From an uncultured Clostridia bacterium (GTDB lineage Bacteria; Bacillota; Clostridia; Christensenellales; UBA1242): a stretch of 64,000 bases of DNA. Shown one piece after another: positions 31,443 through 40,788 of this stretch (within the stretch, counting starts at the first letter, position 1; each line of letters starts with the position of its first letter). A model generated the notes under the pieces. That model saw only the letters and a program-made list of their open reading frames with translations, was not told the origin of the DNA and did no database searches. Made by a program: the position numbers and the translations under genes. The stretch lies in the NCBI GenBank assembly GCA_944377145.1, contig CALWEH010000010.1, forward strand, positions 4,871 through 68,870, read 5' to 3'.

Positions 31443-32414
31443 ATGGATAAAGTTTTAGATGTATTGTTAGATGCAGTGATAGATACTTTAAAAATAGTGC
31501 CAATATTATTATTGGTTTATTTTTTAATTGAATTTTTAGAGTATAAAAATATAATGCAATTTGAAAAATCTAAAACTTTAAAAGGCAAAGCTAGCCCAAT
31601 ATTTGGCTCTCTTTTTGGAAGTTTGCCTCAATGTGGATTTTCAGTTATTTCTACTGATTTGTATACAAAAGGATTTATTTCAATTGGAGCTTTGATGTCT
31701 GTATATATTGCTACAAGTGATGAAGCTTTACCAATAATGATTTCAAATCCTGATGGTTGGTTGCCATTACTATTATTAATTTTATGTAAAATAATATTGG
31801 GAATAGTAGTAGGGTATTTAGCTATTTTAATATATCCAAAAATATTTAAAACAAAAAATATTCATTTAAAAGTTGAAAATCAAGAGCATAAACATGAAAA
31901 TGTAGTTGAAACTAACAAAGTTTTAGAAGATTCAAATATTGACATTCGAGAAGATGAACATATTGATGAGATAAAGCATGAACATATAGGCTGTTGTAAA
32001 CATGTAATTGCAGATAATAAATTTGATTGGAAACACCCTTTATTGCATTGTTTAAAAATAGCTTTATTTATATTAATAGTAAATTTAATTTTTGGTGCAA
32101 TTATTGCTTGGATTGGAGAAGATAAATTAACAGACTTTTTATCTCAAAGCAGTGTTTTGCAACCTATTTTAGCAATATTAATTGGATTAATACCTAATTG
32201 TGCTTCTTCAGTAGTAATTACAGAATTGTACTTATTAGGAGGATTGAGTTTTGGATCTATATTAGCAGGTTTATCTGTAAATGCTGGTCTTGGATTAATG
32301 ATATTATTTAAACAAGATAAAAATATTAAAGAAATTGTATTTATTCTATCAATGTTAATTATACCAAGTTTAATTGCTGGATATGCATTACATTTTATTC
32401 CAATGCCATTTTAA
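31443..32414 (+). CDS. Polytopic membrane protein, putative metal exporter (ArsP_2/DUF2899-like) with a His/Cys-rich loop
   Basis: 323 aa. The N-terminus VLDVLLDAVIDTLKIVPILLLVYFLIEFLEY resembles that family as I recall it. The central loop reads HKHEN...EDEHIDEIKHEHIGCCKH. About 8-10 TM segments. Confidence 0.45.
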   Translation: MDKVLDVLLDAVIDTLKIVPILLLVYFLIEFLEYKNIMQFEKSKTLKGKASPIFGSLFGSLPQCGFSVISTDLYTKGFISIGALMSVYIATSDEALPIMISNPDGWLPLLLLILCKIILGIVVGYLAILIYPKIFKTKNIHLKVENQEHKHENVVETNKVLEDSNIDIREDEHIDEIKHEHIGCCKHVIADNKFDWKHPLLHCLKIALFILIVNLIFGAIIAWIGEDKLTDFLSQSSVLQPILAILIGLIPNCASSVVITELYLLGGLSFGSILAGLSVNAGLGLMILFKQDKNIKEIVFILSMLIIPSLIAGYALHFIPMPF

Positions 32415-32486
32415 AAAATAAGCAATATAATTTTGCTTATTTTTTATTTTAGTGGCAAATACAAAATGTTTTACATATTATGAGGT

Positions 32487-33023
32487 ATGAAATTCTTGTT
32501 TGTAATGGGAGGCTCATATAAGAGCTTTTATATTAACGAATTAAATAATATTAAAAAAATTGATTTATTAATTTTTAATCAAAATATTTTTTATGATTTT
32601 GATTATGAGCAAGAATATTTGCAAGATGCTCCTGTAACAAAAGAATTAATTGCATTAAATAATAAATTTCATTGCCCAATTATTGTATTTGGATATTCAA
32701 AATTTATGAATGTTAGACAAAAATGTTTTATAATTTGTGTAAATGGGAAAGTGTCTGTTATAGAAGACTCACATGATGTATATTTATATATTAAAGGAAA
32801 AACAATATTAATTGGGAATAAAATATATAAACATTCTAAAGCTTTTGCAACAATATCTAAAATAAATGAAAATGATAATTGGAAATTTATTTCCAAAAAT
32901 AATCAAAATAATTATTTTATATGTAATAAAAAATGCGTTTTACGCTTACAAAATGGGAAAATTTACAGGAAATTTAGAAAATATAGTTATTTTAGTTTGA
33001 ATTTATACAAAAAAATGATATAA
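32487..33023 (+). CDS. Hypothetical protein (178 aa), start uncertain
   Basis: Long ORF. The SD gaggt abuts the ATG with poor spacing. No secure family. Confidence 0.4.
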   Translation: MKFLFVMGGSYKSFYINELNNIKKIDLLIFNQNIFYDFDYEQEYLQDAPVTKELIALNNKFHCPIIVFGYSKFMNVRQKCFIICVNGKVSVIEDSHDVYLYIKGKTILIGNKIYKHSKAFATISKINENDNWKFISKNNQNNYFICNKKCVLRLQNGKIYRKFRKYSYFSLNLYKKMI

Positions 33024-33076
33024 TGTAGCTAACAGAATACTACACAAACCGGATAAGTTAATTGTAGGAGATTTTT

Positions 33077-34258
33077 ATGAAAAAAACATTAAACGATATT
33101 GATGTTAATGGTAAGAGAGTTTTACTTCGTGTTGATTTTAATGTGCCTTTAAGTGCAGATTTAAAAATTGTAGATGATAATCGTATAATTGAAGCATTGC
33201 CAACTATTGAACATTTGGTTTTACATAATGCCAAAGTTATTATTTGTTCGCATTTAGGCCGTCCTGAAGGTATAAATGTTCCAAAAATGTCTTTACGGCC
33301 TGTTGTGGCTAGGCTTGCTAAATTATTACAAAAAGAAATTGGTTTTATTGAAGATATAAAAGATAAAAGTTGCAAAGAAATTTTGGACAAGATGAACTCT
33401 GGAGATATTGTAATGCTTGAAAATATCAGGTTTTACAAAGAAGAAGAGGAAAATGATAAAAACTTTGCTAAATTATTAGCAAGTTTTGCAGACATATTTG
33501 TGTTTGATGCTTTTGCTACAGCTCATCGTAAACATGCTTCTAGTTATGGAGTAGCAGAATTATTACCAAATGCTATTGGATTTTTGGTTGAAAAAGAACT
33601 TGAAATGTTTAATAAAGTTTTAACTGACCCAGAACACCCTTTTGTAGCTGTATTAGGAGGAGCTAAAATATCAGACAAACTACCTGTAATTGAAAATTTG
33701 CTTGATAAAGTAGACACAATTTTAATTGGCGGTGGAATGGCTTATACTTTTGTTAAGGCTATAGGTGGTGAAGTTGGAAAATCTTTAGTAGATAATAAAA
33801 GTATAGATTTAGCTAAACAAACTTTGGATAAAGCTAAAGAATGTGGAGTTAAAATTGTATTACCTTACGATAATTATGGGGCAGATGAGTTTACGGCCTC
33901 AGCAAAAAGAAAATGTTTTAATAGCGGATTTTTTGCAAAAGATTTTCAAGGTATGGATATAGGTCCTCATACAGTTAAGGCATTTAAACATATTATCAAA
34001 GATGCAAAAACTATTGTATGGAATGGCCCTATGGGAGTATATGAATTTCCTAAATTTAAAAAAGGAACATATAAAATTGCTAAATGTATTGCAAAAAGTA
34101 AAGCTATTAGCATTATAGGTGGAGGAGATACTGTTGCAAGTGTTCAGGAATTGGGCTTGGAAGATAAAATTACACATATTTCTACAGGTGGCGGAGCAAG
34201 CTTGATGTTATTGCAAGGTAAACAACTTCCTTGTATTGAAGTTATTGAAGAAAAATAA
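33077..34258 (+). CDS. pgk: Phosphoglycerate kinase
   Basis: 393 aa with RVDFNVP, SHLGRP and [13 protein letters not shown] motifs. Confidence 0.97.
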   Translation: MKKTLNDIDVNGKRVLLRVDFNVPLSADLKIVDDNRIIEALPTIEHLVLHNAKVIICSHLGRPEGINVPKMSLRPVVARLAKLLQKEIGFIEDIKDKSCKEILDKMNSGDIVMLENIRFYKEEEENDKNFAKLLASFADIFVFDAFATAHRKHASSYGVAELLPNAIGFLVEKELEMFNKVLTDPEHPFVAVLGGAKISDKLPVIENLLDKVDTILIGGGMAYTFVKAIGGEVGKSLVDNKSIDLAKQTLDKAKECGVKIVLPYDNYGADEFTASAKRKCFNSGFFAKDFQGMDIGPHTVKAFKHIIKDAKTIVWNGPMGVYEFPKFKKGTYKIAKCIAKSKAISIIGGGDTVASVQELGLEDKITHISTGGGASLMLLQGKQLPCIEVIEEK

Positions 34259-34275
34259 ATTGAGCATAATATATT

Positions 34276-34298
34276 AAAGGTGGTTGAACCACCTTTTT
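34276..34298 (+). terminator. Hairpin + T-run between pgk and gpmI (terminator or attenuator)
   Basis: Stem aaaggtgg/ccaccttt, loop ttgaa, then ttttt. Confidence 0.6.
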
Positions 34299-34316
34299 AA
34301 TTTTAGGAGAGAAAAA

Positions 34317-35798
34317 TTGAAAAAAGGATTATTATTAATTTTAGATGGGTATGGTGAGGCAAAGAAAAGTGAATTTAATGCAGTAACAAATGCAAACACT
34401 CCATATATAAATAATTTAAGAAAAACTTATCCATATTGTTTATTATATACTCATGGAAAGAATGTTGGATTGCCAGATAATTCTATGGGAGGATCAGAAG
34501 TTGGACATACCACTATTGGAGCTGGAAGAATTATAAAAACAACTACTGTGAAAATAGATGATGAAATTGAAGATGGTAGTTTTTTTAAACATAAACAGTT
34601 TACAGAAAAATTCAAAAATTTAAAAGATAGAGATGGCGCTTTGCATATTGGAGGATTGTTTTCAGACAAGCGAATTCATAGCGATTTGCATCATGCTTTT
34701 GCTATTATTAAAATGGCTAAAGATTATGGAATTGATAGAGTATTTTTGCATGCTTTTACAGATGGTAGAGATTGTGCTCAAGATTCTAGTTTTGATTATT
34801 TAAAAATGTTTAATGAAAAAGTTAAACAAATTGGCATTGGAGAAATTGCAACTATTGGTGGGCGTTTTTATGCTATGGATAGAGAGCAAAATTTTGATAG
34901 AACAGATAAAGCTATAGATGTTATGCAAAAATTGAGTTATGATTATATTGATGCTTATGAATGTTTAAGTGAAAATCATAAAAATGGAATTACAGATGAA
35001 TTTATTGTCCCTTCTCGAATTAAAACTAGTAAAAAATATAGTTTTGATAATAACGATTTATTTATATTTTTTAATTTTAGAGCAGATAGAATGAAACAAC
35101 CTGTAAAAGTTTTAAATGATAAAAATATTATGGATATTATTACAATGTGCAACTTTTATAGTGGAAATAGAGTTAGTTTCATATATGACGAGGAGGATAT
35201 TAAGGGAACTTTAAGCGAATATTTATCTAATTTAGGATTAAAGCAATTAAAGGTGAGCGAAACTACAAAGTATGCTCATGTAACATATTTTTTTAATGGA
35301 GGAAGAGAATCCCCGTTTGAAGGTGAGGATAGAATTCATATAAAAACTAAAAAAACATTAGATTATGCTAAAACTCCAAAAATGCGTGCTGGAGAAATAA
35401 GTGAAGCTGTAGTAAAAGCTTTAGATAGTAATAAATATGATGCTATTATTGTAAATTTTTCTAATCCAGATATGATAGGACATACAGGTAATTATAAAGC
35501 TACTATTAAAGCTTTAGAGTTTTTAGATAAATGTATACAACAAGTTGTAGAAAAAGCTAAGGAAAAAGATTATTTTGTAATGCTTACAGCAGATCATGGA
35601 AATGCTGAAGAAATGAGAGATAGCAATGGAAATCCTCAAACTTCTCATAGCTTAAATCCTGTGATTTGTATGGTTATTGACAACACACACAATAATATGG
35701 TAGAATATGGAGGATTAAAAGATGTTGCCCCAACATTTATCAAATTAATGCAGTTACCTAAAAATGACAAATTTGAAGGCAATATTTTAATTAAATAA
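34317..35798 (+). CDS. gpmI: 2,3-bisphosphoglycerate-independent phosphoglycerate mutase
   Basis: 493 aa from the TTG at 34317 (SD aggagag 5 nt upstream). The track start at 34284 lies inside the pgk terminator hairpin. Motifs are LLILDGYG, GGSEVGHTTIGAGR and ADHGNAE. Confidence 0.9.
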   Translation: MKKGLLLILDGYGEAKKSEFNAVTNANTPYINNLRKTYPYCLLYTHGKNVGLPDNSMGGSEVGHTTIGAGRIIKTTTVKIDDEIEDGSFFKHKQFTEKFKNLKDRDGALHIGGLFSDKRIHSDLHHAFAIIKMAKDYGIDRVFLHAFTDGRDCAQDSSFDYLKMFNEKVKQIGIGEIATIGGRFYAMDREQNFDRTDKAIDVMQKLSYDYIDAYECLSENHKNGITDEFIVPSRIKTSKKYSFDNNDLFIFFNFRADRMKQPVKVLNDKNIMDIITMCNFYSGNRVSFIYDEEDIKGTLSEYLSNLGLKQLKVSETTKYAHVTYFFNGGRESPFEGEDRIHIKTKKTLDYAKTPKMRAGEISEAVVKALDSNKYDAIIVNFSNPDMIGHTGNYKATIKALEFLDKCIQQVVEKAKEKDYFVMLTADHGNAEEMRDSNGNPQTSHSLNPVICMVIDNTHNNMVEYGGLKDVAPTFIKLMQLPKNDKFEGNILIK

Positions 35799-35834
35799 TT
35801 TTAATTGTTTTAAATTGTATTAAAGGAGCAAATT

Positions 35835-36056
35835 ATGGATAGTATTATTAATTGGATTTATGACTTTGTAAAAAATTTGTCCAGAAGTACAGTTTTTATA
35901 ATCATGGCTGTGTTGGCTGTATTAGGTTTTTATTTCTTTTCTTTATTTTTAAAGGCAAATAAAAAAGAAAGTCCTAAAATATCAAAAATAAGCTATCTGT
36001 TAATTACAATTTTATTAATTGTTATAATTATTGTCTTTTCATATTTTAGATATTAA
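35835..36056 (+). CDS. Small membrane protein (73 aa, two TM)
   Basis: SD aaaggag and two hydrophobic helices. Confidence 0.5.
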   Translation: MDSIINWIYDFVKNLSRSTVFIIMAVLAVLGFYFFSLFLKANKKESPKISKISYLLITILLIVIIIVFSYFRY

Positions 36057-36148
36057 TATGTTTATAAAAAGAAAATATATTAAAACACTTGTAAAAACAA
36101 ATTAGGTGTGATATAATCTTTATGTAAAATTAAGTCTTTGGAGGAATT

Positions 36149-36457
36149 ATGGATACTAATTCATTACTAGTTGCCAAATGGGTATCAAAAGTGTTCCCTG
36201 TAATTAGATATATTATTTTAGTTTTATTAGCAATCATTGCTTTAGCTACTATAGTACTAGTGTTTATGCAAATTGGTCAGGGCGGAAATAGCACAAATGT
36301 TATCACAGGAAATACAGAAAGTTATTATGCTCAAAATAAAGGTGGATCTAGAGAAGGAAGAATTACAAAGTTGATATATATTTGTGTTGGAATAATGGTT
36401 GTATTATCAATATTGTTCTTCATATCATTCAATATTTATGATGGTGAATATATTTAA
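36149..36457 (+). CDS. secG: Preprotein translocase subunit SecG (probable)
   Basis: 102 aa with two TM helices separated by the Gly-rich loop MQIGQGGNSTNVITG....NKGGSREG, as in the SecG pattern LLQ.gKg.G...G......G. It occupies the position upstream of rnr-smpB-ssrA seen in B. subtilis. Confidence 0.65.
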   Translation: MDTNSLLVAKWVSKVFPVIRYIILVLLAIIALATIVLVFMQIGQGGNSTNVITGNTESYYAQNKGGSREGRITKLIYICVGIMVVLSILFFISFNIYDGEYI

Positions 36458-36466
36458 TTAAATATT

Positions 36467-36495
36467 AATCTCCTATTGTTTATAGGAGATTTTTT
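36467..36495 (+). terminator. Intrinsic terminator after secG
   Basis: Stem aatctcctat/ataggagatt, loop tgttt, then a T-run. Confidence 0.85.
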
Positions 36496-36808
36496 GTTGT
36501 AGAAAATTATTAATAAAAGCTTTCAAATTTATAAAAATCCTCTTATGTTAAATAGTTATAGTATATGTAAAAATTAATAACATAAGAGTTTTTTATTATT
36601 TAATAAAAATTGTTAAATATTTATATTAAAATATATAAACTTGTATATGGATTATTATAGTCAACATAATAAATTTTTTAAAATATTTCATTTAAAATAA
36701 TTTTATTGCACAAACTTTTAATAATATTTTACTTTTTAATTTTTGTTATGATATAATTATAATAAATTAAAAGTAAATTTTAGTATATAAAAATGAATAA
36801 GGGGAAAT

Positions 36809-39004
36809 ATGGATATTTTACAAACAATTATTGATAACAAATTAATATATTTGACAGTTGATGAGCTAGCTAAAGAGTTATCATTAATTACATTAAAAGA
36901 TAAGAAAATTATCAAATTATTAATTAAAGAATTATTAGATAATGAAGATTTATTGTTAGATGCTAACAAGAAAATATATGTGCCAAAATCTCGTGGTTAT
37001 ATAAAATGTGTAGTGAGAGGAAATCAAAAAGGGTTTGCCTTTGCAGAACGTTTGGATGATGCTGATAAACCTGACATTTTTATACCTCGCTATGCTACTA
37101 TGAATGCTGTAGATGGAGATATTGTTTGGGTTAAAATTAATCAAGTAATAGATAATTATAGTCCAGAAGGAGAAATCGTACATATTGTAAAGAGAGGAAC
37201 TGAATATGTAGTAGGAACATTAAAGGTTAGTAAAAATGGTATATTTGTAGTTGCTGATGATGATAAAATTCAAAATATTAAAATTTTTAAGCCTGATTTA
37301 TTAGGTGCAAATAATGGAGATAAAGTTGTAGTTAAAATAGTATTTAATGATGAAAACAATAGTTTACATGGAGTTGTAACAGAAGTTCTTGGCAAATCTG
37401 GAGAAGTGGCAACAGAGCAATTAGCTATAATTAGAAGGTATAAAATTAAAACTGAATTTGACAGTAAAACAATAGCAGAAGCTAAAAAAATTAAACCAAC
37501 ACTACAAGAAAAAGATTTTGAAGGCAGAGAAGATTTAACTGATTTAAGAACTATTACTATAGATGGCGAAGATTCAAGAGATTTTGATGATGCTATTTCA
37601 ATAGAGCGTATTGATAAAGGGTATAGATTAGGAGTACATATTGCAGATGTGTCACATTATGTTTTGGAAGACTCAGCTTTAGATAAAGAAGCCTATGCAA
37701 GAGGAAATAGTGTGTATTTCCCAGACCTTGTAATTCCAATGTTACCTGAACAATTATCAAATGGAATTTGCTCTTTAAGAGAAGGTGTAAATAGATTAAC
37801 ATTAAGTGTTTTTATAGATTTAGATAAAGATTGTAATGTTATCTCTAGTCGTATTACAGAAGGAGTTATTTGCAATCATCACCGTATGACTTATACAAAT
37901 GTGCAAAAAATGATTGATGGTGATGCTGAAATATTGGCAAAATATAATGATATTGCTGAAGATATACAAGATTATTTAACAATTTCAAATAAATTAAAAG
38001 AAAAAAGGTTTTCAAGAGGAGAAATTAGGTTTGATATTCCAGAAGCTATAATAACTGAAAATGCTGATGGAACAATAGCTAAAATTGAAAAACGCCCTAT
38101 AGATGATTCGCATCAATTAATTGAAAGTTTGATGATATTATGTAACGAAGTAATAGCAAAAACATTTTTTTCAAAAAAATATCCTTTTATATATCGTGTT
38201 CATGAAAAACCTGATAAAGAAAAAGTTGAAAATTTAATTGAAATATTGAAAGCTTTGCATATTAATGCTCAAATAGATGTAAAAGATATTACTCCTTATT
38301 CTTTTCAAAAAATTATATCAAATTTAACTAATGATGCAAGAAAAGATACTGTAAATAAAATTATTTTACGCACAATGATGAAGGCTAGATATGATACTAA
38401 ATGTTTAGGGCATTTTGGAATTGCTAGCACATATTATTGCCATTTCACTTCTCCTATTAGGCGTTATCCAGATTTAATGATACATAGAATTATTAAATTA
38501 GCTTTACATAAAGAAACTGCAAAAGAATCTCATATACATTTCGATAATATTGTGTCAAAAGCTAGTGAACAAGCTAGTTTAACTGAAAGACAAGCTGATG
38601 AGGTTGAGAGAGAGGTTGATGATTATAAGAAAGCTTTATATATGCAACAATATTTAGGAGAAATTTTTGAAGGGATTATATCTGGAGTTCAAGAATTTGG
38701 AATTTTTGTAGAATTAGATAATACGATTGAAGGAATGATTAAATTTGAAAATTTGCCTATAGATAATTATGATTATGATCCACAATCAATGCAACTTAAA
38801 GGAAGTAAACATTTATATTCTTTGGGAGATAAAGTTAAGGTGATGGTAGTTGCATCGAATCCACATACAAGAAGAATTGAATTTGAATTAGCAGATAGAG
38901 TAAAACCTTCAACTATGGAAGATATTGCTAAGTTTAAAAATAAATCCAACAAATCCAAGATTAATAAGAATAAAGTTAATAGAAATAAAATCAGAAAAAA
39001 ATAG
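36809..39004 (+). CDS. rnr: Ribonuclease R
   Basis: 731 aa with the RNB catalytic domain (DGEDSRDFDDAIS, HFTSPIRRYPD), cold-shock-like domains, a C-terminal S1 domain (GIISGVQEFGIFVEL) and a Lys-rich tail. Confidence 0.93.
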   Translation: MDILQTIIDNKLIYLTVDELAKELSLITLKDKKIIKLLIKELLDNEDLLLDANKKIYVPKSRGYIKCVVRGNQKGFAFAERLDDADKPDIFIPRYATMNAVDGDIVWVKINQVIDNYSPEGEIVHIVKRGTEYVVGTLKVSKNGIFVVADDDKIQNIKIFKPDLLGANNGDKVVVKIVFNDENNSLHGVVTEVLGKSGEVATEQLAIIRRYKIKTEFDSKTIAEAKKIKPTLQEKDFEGREDLTDLRTITIDGEDSRDFDDAISIERIDKGYRLGVHIADVSHYVLEDSALDKEAYARGNSVYFPDLVIPMLPEQLSNGICSLREGVNRLTLSVFIDLDKDCNVISSRITEGVICNHHRMTYTNVQKMIDGDAEILAKYNDIAEDIQDYLTISNKLKEKRFSRGEIRFDIPEAIITENADGTIAKIEKRPIDDSHQLIESLMILCNEVIAKTFFSKKYPFIYRVHEKPDKEKVENLIEILKALHINAQIDVKDITPYSFQKIISNLTNDARKDTVNKIILRTMMKARYDTKCLGHFGIASTYYCHFTSPIRRYPDLMIHRIIKLALHKETAKESHIHFDNIVSKASEQASLTERQADEVEREVDDYKKALYMQQYLGEIFEGIISGVQEFGIFVELDNTIEGMIKFENLPIDNYDYDPQSMQLKGSKHLYSLGDKVKVMVVASNPHTRRIEFELADRVKPSTMEDIAKFKNKSNKSKINKNKVNRNKIRKK

Positions 39005-39169
39005 AATATATAATTATAAATATATTTTTAAAAGTGATTACAAAAATGTAATCATTTTTTACTGAAAATAAACAATTAATAATAAAAAATTAAATAAATC
39101 ATTGAAAAATATATTCAAATGTGATATAATTTACATATACTGTTAGTACAAATTAATTTAGGAGGGAAA

Positions 39170-39616
39170 ATGAAAATAGTTTGTAATAACCCCAAAGCAA
39201 GTTATTTATATTTCCTATTAGATCAATATGAAGCAGGAATTGTATTAACAGGAGATGAGATTAAATCTGTTAGAGCAGGGCATATGTCTATAAAAGAGAG
39301 CTTTGTAGCTGTGAAAAAAGGCGAAGTTGTGCTTAAAAATTCATATATAGAGCAATATTCTCAATCTTTTGATGGCAATAGGAAAAGTTCTAATGAAAGA
39401 CGTGATAGAAAATTGTTATTACACAAAAATGAAATAGAAAAAATTGAAAAAGCTGTAAGTGTAGAAGGGCTAACTGTAGTCCCACTTAAAGCTTACTTTG
39501 ATGGAGCTTATTTAAAAATATCTATTGCCCTAGCAAAAGGAAAAAAGAATTATGATAAACGAGAAAGTATTAAAACTCGTGATATTGAAAGAAGAATTAA
39601 TAAACAGCAATATTAA
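39170..39616 (+). CDS. smpB: SsrA-binding protein SmpB
   Basis: 148 aa with NKKA-like N-terminus, YEAGIVLTG.EIKS and RDRKLLLHK motifs. It lies immediately upstream of tmRNA. Confidence 0.93.
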   Translation: MKIVCNNPKASYLYFLLDQYEAGIVLTGDEIKSVRAGHMSIKESFVAVKKGEVVLKNSYIEQYSQSFDGNRKSSNERRDRKLLLHKNEIEKIEKAVSVEGLTVVPLKAYFDGAYLKISIALAKGKKNYDKRESIKTRDIERRINKQQY

Positions 39617-39623
39617 TAAATTT

Positions 39624-39961
39624 GGGGGTGTAAAGGTTTCGACATTGTATGAAACTGTGTATGAGCATATCGTGTGGTGACACGTTAAATACACAAATTT
39701 TTTAAATAAATAACGAAAATAGAGTTTTAGCTGCTGCCTAGTTGCACAGCCATCAGTTTGCTAGTACCGATATGGCAAAACCTGATGTCGTTTATCGGTC
39801 AATGGATTTATAAGTTGCCTAGCTTATAAATCTATCCTTACAGGCTGGTTTTACGAGGTGGTTGAAGCACCAAATAAAACAAGATTAATCTTCAACTAAA
39901 TATGTAGAGCATGCACTTTTTTGTATGATGGACATGGGTTCAACTCCCATCACCTCCACCA
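39624..39961 (+). ncRNA. ssrA: tmRNA (SsrA)
   Basis: The 5' gggggtg pairs with the 3' cacctcc, including G3:U. ggtttcgac lies near the 5' end and the T-arm is gggttcaactccc, followed by a + cca. The internal tag frame reads ...aataacgaaaatagagttttagctgctgcc-tag (ends ...NENRVLAAA*). Confidence 0.93.
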
Positions 39962-39966
39962 TATTC

Positions 39967-39999
39967 AGTCTAAATCAAACTAAGGATTTAGACTTTTTT
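39967..39999 (+). terminator. Intrinsic terminator after ssrA
   Basis: 10-bp stem agtctaaatc/gatttagact, then a T-run. Confidence 0.85.
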
Positions 40000-40249
40000 A
40001 TTAAAATTTTTGACATTTTAGAGTCGATGTTAAAATTTATAAATTACAATACCCTAAAAACAAGATAAATGAGTATAATATAGTTGTGTATTTGATCACA
40101 CTTTAATTACACTATTTTCAACTATGTAAAGGTGTTAACTATAGACAGGGATAAACCTTTAAAATTAAAGCGAAATATACAATTTCCCCAAACGGGCAAA
40201 TTATATTATTTTTATTTACATTTATTGAATAATTTGTTAAAATAAAATT

Positions 40250-40467
40250 GTGGCCCGCTGTTTACAGCCACTTAAAAAAAGAATGGACTAGGAACTAGTC
40301 TGCTAAATCAGCACTTTGAGTGAAAACAAAAGAAGTGTAGCGGAACAGAACCATGCAATAGCATGGTTGTACCACTCTTGAATAGAATGTATTTCAGTGC
40401 AAGTCTGAAGCAAGGGAGATATATTTCATAAAAGTTAACCTATACTTATAATAGTATAGGTATTTTT
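40250..40467 (+). ncRNA. Candidate structured ncRNA of unknown class (promoter-to-terminator unit)
   Basis: The promoter is TTTACA-17-TAAAAT at 40215-40243 and the terminator acctatact/agtataggt + T-run lies at 40438-40467. Between them are about 190 nt at roughly 39% G+C (my count) carrying four or more local hairpins. There is no ORF with an SD. Confidence 0.4.
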
Positions 40468-40773
40468 AATTTAAATAATATAAGTATAAAATTTGATTAT
40501 TTAATATTCTAAAAATTTATTAAATTTTCTAAAGAATTGATTTAAATTATTGCAATTTAACATTTAATTGCCTATCTTTTAGCAATTTTACATATTATAT
40601 ATTATAAACTTTATTTTAATATTTTTATTAAATTAATATTTTTTCATTTTATTTATTATAAGATTTTATTTTTTAATAATATTTTTTTATTTTATCATAT
40701 AAAAAATAATAAATAAAAAAAATGGGTGAAAAGAAAAAAAATTCAAAAAATTGTTTAAAAAATAAGTTGTATA

Positions 40774-40788
40774 TGATATAATAACCTT
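40774..40788 (+). promoter_or_regulatory. Extended -10 promoter placing +1 on the U32 gene ATG (leaderless candidate)
   Basis: TGaTATAAT (40774-40782), then aacctt, then ATG at 40789. No SD is present. Confidence 0.4.

Noticed and set aside
40354-40380. T-box-like string ggttgtaccac (compare the T-box consensus GGUGGUACCGCG) inside the candidate ncRNA
   Set aside because: It lies about 60 nt from the terminator rather than overlapping its 5' arm. No specifier-loop or Stem I features are evident, and no aminoacyl-tRNA-related gene follows (there are 320 nt of AT-rich spacer and a separate promoter). The resemblance is probably coincidental.
39962-40788. Prophage or genomic-island integration at the tmRNA 3' end
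   Set aside because: There is no integrase or any other ORF in the 827-bp gap. I found no repeated copy of the ssrA 3' segment downstream. The next genes are housekeeping RNA-modification enzymes.
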